DNA from: a virus
Taxonomy: Duplodnaviria > Caudoviricetes
Strand: one strand, 5' to 3'
DNA length: 64,000 nt
IMG/VR virus record: IMGVR_UViG_3300020048_003360
Coordinates: 32,001 to 96,000 of that record
Each line of letters begins with the position of its first letter. Within the stretch, counting starts at the first letter, position 1. Position numbers and translations under genes: made by a program. A model generated the notes under the pieces. It was not told the DNA's origin. It worked only from the letters and a program-made list of their open reading frames with translations, and did no database searches. Positions 1 to 10,854 of the stretch are shown here, in pieces.

Positions 1-73
1 GATTGATATTCTTTTGTAGTTACCGTTATTGCTGGTTGTGTGGGAATAATTGGATATTCTGTTATTGGATTAA

Positions 74-1639
74 CTATAGGCATCTTAAATCCTTCATTGG
101 GTTAGCTAGAATCATTAAAGTTTCTACAGTTCTCATCAGTGGTGCTCTACCAGTAATATTATTGAGTATATTAATTACATTGGTCATAGACTCACGCGTA
201 ATGTAGTTATTACCTAGTATTGGTGGTAAGTTATTATTAGTTTTTAATGTGGGATCTATAAAATCCAATACAACTAATGCTGCATCACCATGCTTACGCA
301 ATCTATCTATAGCTGCTTGATTTATTGTAGTTAGGTCTCTTTGTACAGATAGTCTAATATGGTAATATTTACGTAATGATAAGACGTATGTGGAATATAC
401 ATTCAGATCACTATCCACTATAAGAGCGTCTGCGTCTAATAATAGCGATCCCCTATACATGCTCAATGAAAAAATACTAAGACCTGGTTTAGTTAAATAT
501 GGACCTTCATCAATTAAAAAGTCTAATACTGCTGGATTTAAACTATATTCACCTAATTCTCTTAAAGATAGTAGTTTATGCGGGTCATTTAGATCCACAC
601 TAATCAATGCTGTAAACACCCTATCTGTTCCAGGAATAGTACCATTTGGTACAAATTCATCATAGCTGGGAATTGATACTCCAGACCATCCATTTAAAGC
701 CCATAGTCTAGCTGTTTCATTATTCTTTTCAAAATGATAAAATAACTCACTAGATAAACTAAAACCAAACTCTTTACCTTCTAATGGATCTAACTTATCA
801 GTTAGTGGATTATTTCTATAATTCTGAGGTAATAGTTGATTATGTATCATCAAGGGATAACGCATTGTACATGCTAGTGGTTTTTCATATTTAAACTTAT
901 ATGCAAATCCAATAGTCCATGCATCGGCATCATCTTCTTTAGAACTCTTTTCTGGCACTAAGTCAAAGTCAAAGTGACCTATAATTCTAATCTGAGACTC
1001 TACAATGGCCCATGCTGCTCGTGTACCTGCTTGGGTGGTCATTACTGTAGCTCTGTTAGTAAAGCCTGTCTTTAGGTACTCATTGAGCTCCACACCATAT
1101 CCATCTACATTTTCCATTAGACGATGTATTTCTTTTATTATTATTAAGAATTCTAATGGTACTAAATAATGATAATCCACCTTATGGATTCTTTGATCCC
1201 AATTCATAGAGACTCTAGTTTTAATATAGTTTCTCCAGGACTCTGCCTTAGGTCTATCTGATGCACGATATTTAAAGTTTATAGTTACTTCACTACTAGA
1301 ATAGATAGGACGTAAACTTACCTCAACATTATCGTCTCTGAATATAAATGTATTTTCTACTCTATAGTTAGCAGTAGATAATATACGATCCATCTCATAG
1401 TCTTCTTCTACTTCAATAAAGACTCTATCACTATATGGATTGGTAGTGATACCTGGCTGCTGGGTAATCTTACTGATATCTGAACCAGGTTGCTGCATTG
1501 TATCTAGGTCACCTGGAAAAGAAATAAATGTAGATTCTGGTATATTAGTAAGATCGAATAAATCTTTAATTATACCATGTACTATTGGTCTAGATACACT
1601 TAGTTGCGTATCAGATATATTTAAGAATAGATTTGGCAT
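74..1639 (-). CDS. Virion structural protein (phiKZ gp98-like position)
   Basis: 521-aa ORF directly downstream of the head-protein paralog cluster; assignment by synteny only. Confidence 0.55.
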   Translation of the reverse strand: MPNLFLNISDTQLSVSRPIVHGIIKDLFDLTNIPESTFISFPGDLDTMQQPGSDISKITQQPGITTNPYSDRVFIEVEEDYEMDRILSTANYRVENTFIFRDDNVEVSLRPIYSSSEVTINFKYRASDRPKAESWRNYIKTRVSMNWDQRIHKVDYHYLVPLEFLIIIKEIHRLMENVDGYGVELNEYLKTGFTNRATVMTTQAGTRAAWAIVESQIRIIGHFDFDLVPEKSSKEDDADAWTIGFAYKFKYEKPLACTMRYPLMIHNQLLPQNYRNNPLTDKLDPLEGKEFGFSLSSELFYHFEKNNETARLWALNGWSGVSIPSYDEFVPNGTIPGTDRVFTALISVDLNDPHKLLSLRELGEYSLNPAVLDFLIDEGPYLTKPGLSIFSLSMYRGSLLLDADALIVDSDLNVYSTYVLSLRKYYHIRLSVQRDLTTINQAAIDRLRKHGDAALVVLDFIDPTLKTNNNLPPILGNNYITRESMTNVINILNNITGRAPLMRTVETLMILANPMKDLRCL

Positions 1640-1692
1640 TATAATGCTCCTAAGTGATCATATTAAATGCCATTGATTTAAAATTATACGGC

Positions 1693-1726
1693 ATAATAGC
1701 CACTGAGTTTCCCCAGTGGCTATTAT
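1693..1726. terminator. Intergenic hairpin
   Basis: ATAATAGCCACTG-loop-CAGTGGCTATTAT inverted repeat, flanked by CGGCATA. Confidence 0.7.
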
Positions 1727-1747
1727 AATTTAATACACTAAATCAGA

Positions 1748-3232
1748 TTACTTATCGCCCTTGGTGTAGGTAGCGAGTGATTTAGATGAAACCATACAGA
1801 TTGCATTGATTTCAGTGATGGCGTACTTGAAGAAAGACATGGTAGGACTAGATGCCCACTTAGCAAATGACGTGTTGGTGTTGATCATGGCGCGGTAAGC
1901 AGGAACTGAAGCTTGCTCGGCCTTGCCTTCATGATCATCTTTATCAACAGACCTATCCTTAATCTTATTCATGGCAGATTCAGCTTTATCAGCAGCTTTC
2001 TTAAGCTTTTCTTTAGTAGAGGTAATTTTATTAAAATTAGAACTACGTTTGAACTCTTCTAGAACATCGAGTAGTTTTAGCATCTTACCACACATGTCTT
2101 CGATATCGCTAGCATCAAAAGCTTTAATTTCAAAGCTATCTTTTAAAGTACCAGGATTGGTCTTAACATCAGTTAGTCTGATTTCAAAATTAGCTTTTGT
2201 ACTTACACCACCTACATGAACAATACCACCAGCACTCGCTAATACAGTAGTGGTGGTGTCTTCAATATTTTTCTTAGCACGATATTCTAACACAACACTA
2301 CCTAACATATCGTTACCAAGTTTTGTAGTGTAGCCAGTAATACGACCATCGACAGAGGTACTAGGACCACCATCACTCAGTTTAGCATCTTCTAATACTT
2401 TAGTCATTTTGGTAACTGCTGGGCCTGGTGCAGATGGTTCAAAATCAGCAATAGCTCCAGCCATATCTTCACCTAGCTTAACTAGCTTGGTAGCATATGT
2501 TTTATAAACCCACTTAGCTTGAGTACTAATTTCTTCAATACCAGCTGACAAAGCACTGGCAGTCGTTACTGGCTGATAGTTTTTAGACAGAGCACCGACA
2601 GAACTACTAATAGTAATTTTTTCTTTACCTGGACGCTTACCATCGGACTGTAGTTCATCAGCACGTTTCTTAATGGCCTCTACTTTACGACGAAGCATAG
2701 GAATGGTACCAAAGATCTTGTAGAAGAACTTTTCGATTTTAGCCCAGATATCTTTTAGGAATTTCTTAATGGCTTCCCAGATATTACGAGCGGTTTCACG
2801 AATACCTTCAGTAGCGATGCGATGACCGATATAGCGAGATTCGGTAACAACATTACCAGCTTCACCAGAAACTTCAATCTGAAGAGGAACAACAGTTTCA
2901 GGAATAATTTCTTCAGACTCAACATCAGTACCAGCAACAGCCATGTCGGCAACAGTACGGATTAGAGCAACTTCTTCAGGAGAAGCTTCATCAATACCGT
3001 CAGCAACAACAGCTAGATCTTCTAGAGAATCGGAGATCTGTTCCATACGGAAACATTCCATGATGGCCTCAGGAACTTCAACAGCTAGTTCATCAGCTTC
3101 AGCTAGATTAGCAACACCAGCGTCGTCAGCAGCAGCTACTGCATCTGGGTTAGTTTCGTCAACGGGAGTGCCATCTTCTTCCATAGCATAAGAACCGTAG
3201 CCACTCTGTGCAACATTCATAAATTTACGCAT
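1748..3232 (-). CDS. Internal head/ejection protein, phiKZ gp93-97-like family
   Basis: 494 aa; acidic propeptide with A/S-x-E sites (AMEE, SLED, ATEG) followed by amphipathic helix GIRETARNIWEAIKKFLKDIW. Confidence 0.75.
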   Translation of the reverse strand: MRKFMNVAQSGYGSYAMEEDGTPVDETNPDAVAAADDAGVANLAEADELAVEVPEAIMECFRMEQISDSLEDLAVVADGIDEASPEEVALIRTVADMAVAGTDVESEEIIPETVVPLQIEVSGEAGNVVTESRYIGHRIATEGIRETARNIWEAIKKFLKDIWAKIEKFFYKIFGTIPMLRRKVEAIKKRADELQSDGKRPGKEKITISSSVGALSKNYQPVTTASALSAGIEEISTQAKWVYKTYATKLVKLGEDMAGAIADFEPSAPGPAVTKMTKVLEDAKLSDGGPSTSVDGRITGYTTKLGNDMLGSVVLEYRAKKNIEDTTTTVLASAGGIVHVGGVSTKANFEIRLTDVKTNPGTLKDSFEIKAFDASDIEDMCGKMLKLLDVLEEFKRSSNFNKITSTKEKLKKAADKAESAMNKIKDRSVDKDDHEGKAEQASVPAYRAMINTNTSFAKWASSPTMSFFKYAITEINAICMVSSKSLATYTKGDK

Positions 3233-3269
3233 TTTGAATTACCTTTTCAATATATTGAATTGTTTGTTT

Positions 3270-3303
3270 ATACAGTCTACTAAATCGATTTAGTAGACTG
3301 TAT
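3270..3303. terminator. Intergenic hairpin
   Basis: TACAGTCTACTAAAT-CG-ATTTAGTAGACTGTA near-perfect palindrome followed by TATGCCG. Confidence 0.7.
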
Positions 3304-3313
3304 GCCGAGTAGA

Positions 3314-4651
3314 TTACTCGTAGTGCTTAAGGGATTGCTCACAATATGATAGAGCAGCTTGACCAGTCTTCAAAGGATAGGTACTAGCACTAACGAAAGT
3401 GTTCAATACGAAGCCTTTAATGTTATCAAGAGCACTACGGGCAAATTTACCATGATCTTTTTCAGCCTGATCTTTGGTAGCGTCGGCACTTTCAGCATCT
3501 ACAGTATTGTCGGCGTTCTTAGCCATCTTTTCAGCGGCGCTAACAACTTTTTTAAGAAGCTGATCTAGCTTATCTTGAGTTTTCTTAAAGTCAACTAAGA
3601 TTTCAGCAATCTTACCAACCGCCTCAGCAGTACTTTCAACTTCATCTACAGTAAGTGTAGTGAGAGATTCTTTAGTTGGCTTTTTACCGCCATCAGCCAT
3701 AAAGCCTCTCTTTACTTTGCCAAAAGCACTTAGTTGTTCAAGACCGGTAGTTCCAGACTTCGTTGGTAGACGCTCAGCCCATACAAATCCACCCAATAGT
3801 GATTCAGTAGATTCCCACACCATATCGCCACCATCTACATTAGTCTTACTAAATTCATCAGATGGTTTTTTAATAGTAGTAACCATTTTAGCTACAACAC
3901 CAATAGAGTTATTATCACCTGGGGTCTCCACAGCAGTAATAATCTGCTCACCTTGAGCTACCATTTCATTAGCTTTTGTATCTAAGATAATCTTAGCAAT
4001 ACCTTCAATAGCTGTAAGACTAGTCTTAAGTTTGGCAGCCGATACTTCATTACCAACATAAAGACTCTTAACTAGACCGGCATTATCAAAAGTTTTGTCT
4101 TTCACTTTCTTAGAACGATAATCGTCAGCAGATTTTGCAATTGCTTCAGCACGCTTCTTCATTGACTCAGCAGCACCAAACAGCTTACGTAGGTGTCCAG
4201 TAGCCCAAGCAATAATCTTCTTATAGGCTTTTACGATATATTCCCAAAGCTCTTTAGCCTTTTCTTTGATGCCTTCCATAGCTAACTGAGTGGCACCAAT
4301 ACGAGTAGAAGAACCACCAAAGGACTCTAGACTGGGCATGGCTTTAGCACGTAGACCAACTCGATCATACATGTACTGGGTAGCAATACCAACTACTTGA
4401 GCTGAATATTTATCCATACCACCGTTTTTAGCGGAGATAGCTAGGGCGTCGGAGATGGATTCTAGGGCTTCAACAACCTCAACACCTTCATTAATGTCGG
4501 CAGCAATGTCATCGCCATCAACAGTGCTTTCCGTAACTTCAGCTTCAGCTTCAGCAGCTTCTACGGAAGCAGGTGCAGTGGTTTCGGCAACAACTTCGGA
4601 ACTACCTTCTTCTTCTAGTGACACTACGCCACGATTACTATATCTACGCAT
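3314..4651 (-). CDS. Internal head/ejection protein, gp93-97-like family
   Basis: Start moved to MRRYSN (4651; AAGGA RBS upstream); SLE/ALE/AME sites; AMEGIKEKAKELWEYIVK helix; paralogous to 1748..3232. Confidence 0.75.
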   Translation of the reverse strand: MRRYSNRGVVSLEEEGSSEVVAETTAPASVEAAEAEAEVTESTVDGDDIAADINEGVEVVEALESISDALAISAKNGGMDKYSAQVVGIATQYMYDRVGLRAKAMPSLESFGGSSTRIGATQLAMEGIKEKAKELWEYIVKAYKKIIAWATGHLRKLFGAAESMKKRAEAIAKSADDYRSKKVKDKTFDNAGLVKSLYVGNEVSAAKLKTSLTAIEGIAKIILDTKANEMVAQGEQIITAVETPGDNNSIGVVAKMVTTIKKPSDEFSKTNVDGGDMVWESTESLLGGFVWAERLPTKSGTTGLEQLSAFGKVKRGFMADGGKKPTKESLTTLTVDEVESTAEAVGKIAEILVDFKKTQDKLDQLLKKVVSAAEKMAKNADNTVDAESADATKDQAEKDHGKFARSALDNIKGFVLNTFVSASTYPLKTGQAALSYCEQSLKHYE

Positions 4652-4734
4652 TTTAAATTTTCCTTGCAAGGATTAAAAAAGGTTACTGACGTCAGTAACT
4701 ATATAATTAAGATTACTATTTAACTAGTTTTTAA

Positions 4735-6072
4735 TTAAGTGGCATTAAATAGCATTCTATTGGCTAAGTACATACAATACTTGCTACCTTTTAAAGATCT
4801 AGCAACTTCTTGGGTAGCTGGCGACTGTATAGCGTGTAGTAAATTCATGCTATATTGTTCAATTTGAACGCATACTGACTGAATGGACGCTAGTTCGTTA
4901 GATGAAAAATCACTACTAACTGATTCACTTAACAACAATGTTGCTTTAGTTAGTAGTTCATTTGTATTTGTTATCTTATCACTTAATGATAAATATTTTC
5001 TAATGTTATCGATATATTCAAAACCATAATTAATAACTTTACCTATATCGGCAGTACTGTACTCAATATTAGCACTAAGTACGAAATCAATGTACGAGGC
5101 AGTAACGCTAACTTGAGTCGCTACTTTCATAGCAGTACGACGTTTACTAAAGGTCTCCGTAACTACTCTAGGGGATGCTAAAACAGCTAACTTATCAAAT
5201 GTATTGTTTCCAATAGTAACAGCACTACGTCTAGAACCAGCATCATAGCCTAATCCAATTACTCCCAAAAGCTGTCGGCCTTTAGTATAGTTACCATTAA
5301 AAACATCAGCTGGATGTTTTAATGCTTCTATATTCTTTACTAACTTTTCTATATCTGATATTTTTGATATCTTAGTGCTCTTAACAATACCAGTTAATTT
5401 AGATATCATTGAGAGAATTTCATTTGGATATGTTACTAAAATATATTTAGATATAGTAATATCTTTACTTAATGCATTTACTACATTTCTAGTCTGACCT
5501 GTATCGGTAGCAAAAAAATACCATAACTGATCTAAACTACCTTTATGTGGGCCATTGTTAAATGTAGATTTTTTACTATTATACTCATCATTGGTTTGAT
5601 CTAATTTATTAGTATATTTATTAATCTTACCATCAGTACTTCTAAAAAAATCACTAACAGCATTAATGAAATGTTTACGCCTAATTACCCAAACCTGAAA
5701 CATATTAAAGAGAGTATCTCTAATACCCTCCATAGCAACTATATGTTGCTGCACTATACTTTCATTACGGCATTCCAAACTAACTACCTTAACATCACTA
5801 CTAATTCTCTTTAATTCTTGTTTAGTAGCTAGGTTAATTAAATCAATAGTAGTTTGTGTTGCTACGTTATTAGTTAATAAATTACTAATTTCACACCGAT
5901 ATAATGAAAGAGATTCCATTACTGCATAGTTTTTTTCAGTTTCAGTATAATAGTTTTCGATACCGATATTAGTCTCTGTAATTTCAGTTTCTAAATCATC
6001 AGTTTCCTCAACACTATTACTTATGATTTCTTTATCACTACTGCCCTCTAGGGCCATTCTAAGTAAACTCAT
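4735..6072 (-). CDS. Internal head protein, gp93-97-like family
   Basis: 445 aa; acidic propeptide, ALE/SLE/AME sites, AMEGIRDTLFNMF motif. Confidence 0.7.
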   Translation of the reverse strand: MSLLRMALEGSSDKEIISNSVEETDDLETEITETNIGIENYYTETEKNYAVMESLSLYRCEISNLLTNNVATQTTIDLINLATKQELKRISSDVKVVSLECRNESIVQQHIVAMEGIRDTLFNMFQVWVIRRKHFINAVSDFFRSTDGKINKYTNKLDQTNDEYNSKKSTFNNGPHKGSLDQLWYFFATDTGQTRNVVNALSKDITISKYILVTYPNEILSMISKLTGIVKSTKISKISDIEKLVKNIEALKHPADVFNGNYTKGRQLLGVIGLGYDAGSRRSAVTIGNNTFDKLAVLASPRVVTETFSKRRTAMKVATQVSVTASYIDFVLSANIEYSTADIGKVINYGFEYIDNIRKYLSLSDKITNTNELLTKATLLLSESVSSDFSSNELASIQSVCVQIEQYSMNLLHAIQSPATQEVARSLKGSKYCMYLANRMLFNAT

Positions 6073-6336
6073 ATTAATGTTCCTTTTCTAATGTAGTTTG
6101 TGTTGCTACGTTATTAGTTAATAAATTACTAATTTCACACCGATATAATGAAAGAGATTCCATTACTGCATAGTTTTTTTCAGTTTCAGTATAATAGTTT
6201 TCGATACCGATATTAGTCTCTGTAATTTCAGTTTCTAAATCATCAGTTTCCTCAACACTATTACTTATGATTTCTTTATCACTACTGCCCTCTAGGGCCA
6301 TTCTAAGTAAACTCATATTAATGTTCCTTTTCTAAT
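5849..6336. repeat. Exact 244-bp tandem duplication (5849-6092 / 6093-6336)
   Basis: Two apparently identical copies covering the RBS and first 75 codons of 4735..6072. Confidence 0.95.
6074..6316 (-). pseudogene. 80-aa truncated copy of the 4735..6072 N-terminus
   Basis: First 75 aa identical to the downstream gene, then LEKEH-stop; created by the tandem duplication. Confidence 0.8.
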
Positions 6337-7727
6337 TAGGTGTGCAGTAGTTTACGAAGTGTACTAAGTTCATCTTTAAATTCTGAGGAAACAGTACCTT
6401 TACATTTATTTTGAATGAGCTCATAAACACCAATAGTAACTCTTAGTTCATCCTGAGCAACTCCTAGCAATTTTGTAATTAAGCGATCCAGTGTAGTAAA
6501 AAACTTCTTAGTTTCCATTGTTTCTCTATAAAAAGAACTTGAATAGGTACTAATTGCTGTTTTATATCTACCAACTAATGTAGTTGAATCCTTAGTGCGT
6601 TGTAATTCATTATTAAATCTATTAACATCGCCTATAAACTTTTGAATGCTCTCATGATGTTTTTTAGAACTATCTAATGTATTTTCTAACATATTTAGCG
6701 CACCTACAATACTACCAGCCTCTTCATCAAAATGTCTATGCAAATCTGGTTTCGTATATCCATCTTCAGGCAGTGCAATTAAATTCTTATAGTCTATTAC
6801 TAAATTACCTAAGTATCTAGCAGATCTACCATCACCAAATTGAGTAGTTAATAACGCATCATACTTTTTAAAGTACTCTAGTTGACCATCTACATCAGAT
6901 GTGTCTCTAAAATCCTCGACAGTAAGACTATTGTTTCCATTAGTTTCTGTAGTTTCTAGATCATTTATAACCTTTATTGAAAATTCTTTATATGCTCTTT
7001 CTATATGTTCAGCATATTTTTCCACATTAGGAACATCTTTTTGTATATCAAGGCCACTTGATGGATATTTTTCATTAAATTTAGCCGCCCAGGAAAAACT
7101 GACACTTTCACCATTAATCCACTTAGAAAGATGCGTCTCTTTAGATTCTAAAGCATGTGCGTGTAATAAATTTTCTAAGGAATTTGGCATAGTTCTATCG
7201 AGTTCTCGACATCTTTGAAAATGCCTTCTTAAGCCTTTAGCACTCTCACGTGTTGATCTAGCTTTTTCTTTACCTTTATTAATATCCTCTTCCGAATGAG
7301 AACTATATTTATTTCCACTACTACCCCAACTGCCGCCGCTACTACTACCCCAATTACTACTATTGCTACTACTACTGCTACTACTGTAGCTACTACTCCC
7401 ACTGCCACCACCGCCGCTACTCCCGCCACCGCCGCCACGCATACCAAGAGATGCTAATAAAAATGCAATAACGGCGGCACCAGCCGCAATAATTAATGTC
7501 CAAACACCCTCACTTAAAGCTTCAACAGACAATGTATAAGATTTAAGCCTATCTGACGTAATAGACCTAGTCTCTATAGCAAAGTTACCTCTGCTGACTC
7601 TGTTTAAGGTTATTTTTTCATATAGCTTAGTAACGTCATTTAAATCTGAAAATATTTTCACACATCGTGCTTCACAGCTTATAGTGCGACTTTCACTAAG
7701 TTCATTTGAGTTAATATATCTGCGCAT
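6336..7727 (-). CDS. Head protein with hydrophobic segment and Gly/Ser linker
   Basis: 463 aa; SVEALSEG then VWTLIIAAGAAVIAFLLASLGM, then GGGGGSS...SSSSSS. Confidence 0.6.
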   Translation of the reverse strand: MRRYINSNELSESRTISCEARCVKIFSDLNDVTKLYEKITLNRVSRGNFAIETRSITSDRLKSYTLSVEALSEGVWTLIIAAGAAVIAFLLASLGMRGGGGGSSGGGGSGSSSYSSSSSSSNSSNWGSSSGGSWGSSGNKYSSHSEEDINKGKEKARSTRESAKGLRRHFQRCRELDRTMPNSLENLLHAHALESKETHLSKWINGESVSFSWAAKFNEKYPSSGLDIQKDVPNVEKYAEHIERAYKEFSIKVINDLETTETNGNNSLTVEDFRDTSDVDGQLEYFKKYDALLTTQFGDGRSARYLGNLVIDYKNLIALPEDGYTKPDLHRHFDEEAGSIVGALNMLENTLDSSKKHHESIQKFIGDVNRFNNELQRTKDSTTLVGRYKTAISTYSSSFYRETMETKKFFTTLDRLITKLLGVAQDELRVTIGVYELIQNKCKGTVSSEFKDELSTLRKLLHT

Positions 7728-7740
7728 GATTTAGTTCCTA

Positions 7741-8343
7741 TTATTTACCGAATAAAATATGCATAGTTCCTAATAGGTCTTCTAGACCATTTGGTTTACT
7801 ACACCATGTCTGGATTACTTCTAATAGATCAATGTTAAATCTGGCTGTTTCAATTGGGGCATCTTTATTTACATTAAAGAATTCTTTTACTTTATCACCT
7901 ACTGTGCCGACGGCAGTGGATCCATCGCCAATAGTAATAAGGGCCATCCAATTCTCTAAAGACATATCTCTAGCACCAGTACTAATAAACTTTAGAGTAT
8001 CGAGTATAAAGTCATTATGTAAGTTACCAGCTAATGGATTCTTATATTGGTTAATAACCCATAATAAGAAACTAGTAGTACCAAAAGCACTTAGAGCTAC
8101 TTTTAATACTGCAGTTCTAAACTCAGGTGATCCAGCAGTTATGTTATTAGTGGTATAAGACGTATAAAGTGATTCTACGTATGGATTGGGTTGGATATCT
8201 CCAGATCTCATATTACTATCATCTGCTTTATACTGCATGTGATTAACTTGACTGGCGATGACTTGTTGTGCATGTGCTACCTGTACAACTATATCACCAC
8301 CTAAGAAACCCCTTGGATATGCTCTAAGTCTAGTATTAAGCAT
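7741..8343 (-). CDS. Conserved phiKZ-like virion-region protein
   Basis: 200-aa ORF overlapping the stop of the upstream gene; synteny (gp91-like position). Confidence 0.55.
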   Translation of the reverse strand: MLNTRLRAYPRGFLGGDIVVQVAHAQQVIASQVNHMQYKADDSNMRSGDIQPNPYVESLYTSYTTNNITAGSPEFRTAVLKVALSAFGTTSFLLWVINQYKNPLAGNLHNDFILDTLKFISTGARDMSLENWMALITIGDGSTAVGTVGDKVKEFFNVNKDAPIETARFNIDLLEVIQTWCSKPNGLEDLLGTMHILFGK

Positions 8344-9235
8344 TTGCCTTCTCCATCTTAGCTAGCTTAAAGTTGAGACCTTGAATACGTGTCTCCATAT
8401 ATGCTATTTCTTTTTGAATTTTAGCATCTGGCTTACCTTCAGATAGTTTTTCTAAATTCAATTTACGTAATTGAATTAGACGTACTTCTTCTTTAGCTGC
8501 TTTATAGCGATCGGATTGCCATTCAGCTACAAACATACCTATATGATAAATTGGGTTCATCCAAATTGGAATTAAACTCATTTGAAAAGGATCAATCTTG
8601 TCCTCACCTATAGTAGCGCCTAGAGTGTGTGCATTATCTCCAGTTACTACTATGTCTGGGATATTGCTAAATTGTTTTTCTACTTGCTGGGGTTTGCCAG
8701 ATGTGATATTGAAAGCAGCACAGAAGGCAATGAAATTATGATTAATCCATTCAATTTCTGCTTTTGAAAATGAATCAACTAATGTAGTATCACTTTCTTC
8801 AAAAACAGAAGTTTCACAAATATAAATATATATCAAAAGTTTACGAGCGTACTTGCTTACGAAGCTGCAGGCTTCTTGAAACTGTAATAAATTAGTAGCT
8901 TTATATGTTAATCCAGAACCTACAACTTCAGTATTGAAGGTCTTGTCTACCATTTTTTCAGCATAATCTAGATTCAAAAGAATATCTTTAAATCCCTCAT
9001 GAATACAAACTACCATATTCTGACCACGTTGCTTCTCTACCATACGGTCAAAGGTAGCTGCTAGATCTTTAATTTCATTTGACTTAAACGTCCATTTACC
9101 TAATAGATCAGCTGCTGCTCTATATGCTGGTTGTGTGTGTTCAATTATCTCGGCTTTTGTTAATCTACTTTCTTCAATAACTCTACCCTTACCAAAAGTA
9201 GGTAAAAGACTTTGAACAAAATTTAATACTTTCAT
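8336..9235 (-). CDS. Inner-body/head protein (phiKZ gp90-like)
   Basis: 299 aa; size and position match; C-terminal coiled coil. Confidence 0.6.
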   Translation of the reverse strand: MKVLNFVQSLLPTFGKGRVIEESRLTKAEIIEHTQPAYRAAADLLGKWTFKSNEIKDLAATFDRMVEKQRGQNMVVCIHEGFKDILLNLDYAEKMVDKTFNTEVVGSGLTYKATNLLQFQEACSFVSKYARKLLIYIYICETSVFEESDTTLVDSFSKAEIEWINHNFIAFCAAFNITSGKPQQVEKQFSNIPDIVVTGDNAHTLGATIGEDKIDPFQMSLIPIWMNPIYHIGMFVAEWQSDRYKAAKEEVRLIQLRKLNLEKLSEGKPDAKIQKEIAYMETRIQGLNFKLAKMEKANA

Positions 9236-9318
9236 GATTAAGTACCTTGTAAAGATTTGTATTGTAGGTTAGGTAAAGCTATTTAAAATATAGTAGCTTT
9301 ACTTAAAATATGATAGAC

Positions 9319-10824
9319 TTATAGACTTGGGGAATTCCCTAAGCTAAATGCTTTTAGTATTTCACTAACGTCTGGACCTGAGTTCTTATTAACATTCTTT
9401 ATATCTTTAGCACTAAGTTCCATGGCATCACGTAAACCTCTGCTATAGATAGTAACACGTTCCCACTCGGGATCGACTATACATAGCAGCATGAGGTATG
9501 TAGACTTGAAAATCTTAGCACGAGAATTAGCATCAGATAATTTAAGATTGGTTTCTATTTCTAACTGATCTGCTGAGGCTCTAGATAAGATACAGATATT
9601 ACTAGCTGTAGCTACAGATGGATTTGCAGATAAGATAGTCGATATCTTATTAGCACTAGCACGCTTTAGGATGTTTGTATAGATACCATCTTTATCAGCC
9701 ATTAAGTTCTTACGATGTGCATCTATTAGATCTTGACAGAAGATTAGGTCTTTAACAAACTCTAGTCTACCTGCTTTCCAAGAATGATAGCGTTCTTTTG
9801 CAGAAGTATCTTTACTACCTATACTTAGGATATGAATAAGATTACGAGACGGCAATGAGCTAGCCATTAGTCTAATAGAAACCATAATGGAAGCTTTATG
9901 TAAACCATCTGTAATTTCAACTGAGAATTGCTTACCTACTGAAAGATTGGCTAATTCACGTAGATCTTTCATTGTATCACGACCAAAGCCTGTTTCTGAC
10001 GCTTTTAGTCTATCATTACGTTCTTGTTTACGTAATTTTAAACCATCTTTTTCTAGTTTATAGCGAAGATTTGCTAAGGCCTTTTCTTCACCATATCTTT
10101 CTTTATCAAACTTAAACCTCTCAGCTGATTCCTTAGCTTTCTTTTCTGCCATACCTCTAGCATGTCCAGCAGAAACGTATTCGGCAGTCATTTTTTCTCG
10201 AAACTGTTTCTCATTCGCATCTGCAGCTCCATATTTAAGTTGTAGTTCTTCATCTTTTCTAACAGTATCTCTATCTGCTGTATCTGCAGCCCTATGCTTA
10301 ATCTCTAGTTCTTCATCTTTTCTTATGCTATCTTTATCTTTTCTTTCGTCTTCTTTTTCAGCAAATAGATACTCTAGATTATGTATCTCATCTTTAGTTA
10401 GCCAACTACTATAAGCTGCTTCTAAACCTATTGATTCTATCTCAAGTTTCTTTTCAAAAGTAGGTAAAGCGTGTTTATATGACTCTTGTGCTAATAACCA
10501 ACCCATGCTATCTGCTGCTGAATCGGTAGGACTTCTGCGTGGATTTAGCTTATCCAAATGACGCATAACTTCAATCTTACCTACCGATGTAGAGATAGCT
10601 ACAGCTTGTAGATAGTACCCAGCAAATATAGAAAGAATTGATTGCTGAATATCAGGTAATGAATCTAAATATAAACAATCAGTATCAATCAATACAATTG
10701 GCTCCACTCTAGCTACTTGAGTATAGTCAATTAAAGAATCTGATCTACTACCTTTCCATAGATCAGTAATTTTACGAAAAACTGATAAGCCAACATTACT
10801 TAAAGCTCCGCTAAGTCCAAACAT
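9319..10824 (-). CDS. Inner-body/head protein (phiKZ gp89-like) with a charged central region
   Basis: Start moved to MFGLSG (10824); AQE/GLE sites; divergent from the baseplate genes as in phiKZ. Confidence 0.6.
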   Translation of the reverse strand: MFGLSGALSNVGLSVFRKITDLWKGSRSDSLIDYTQVARVEPIVLIDTDCLYLDSLPDIQQSILSIFAGYYLQAVAISTSVGKIEVMRHLDKLNPRRSPTDSAADSMGWLLAQESYKHALPTFEKKLEIESIGLEAAYSSWLTKDEIHNLEYLFAEKEDERKDKDSIRKDEELEIKHRAADTADRDTVRKDEELQLKYGAADANEKQFREKMTAEYVSAGHARGMAEKKAKESAERFKFDKERYGEEKALANLRYKLEKDGLKLRKQERNDRLKASETGFGRDTMKDLRELANLSVGKQFSVEITDGLHKASIMVSIRLMASSLPSRNLIHILSIGSKDTSAKERYHSWKAGRLEFVKDLIFCQDLIDAHRKNLMADKDGIYTNILKRASANKISTILSANPSVATASNICILSRASADQLEIETNLKLSDANSRAKIFKSTYLMLLCIVDPEWERVTIYSRGLRDAMELSAKDIKNVNKNSGPDVSEILKAFSLGNSPSL

Positions 10825-10854
10825 GATGTGGTTCCATTTATTAAAGGTTTTAAT

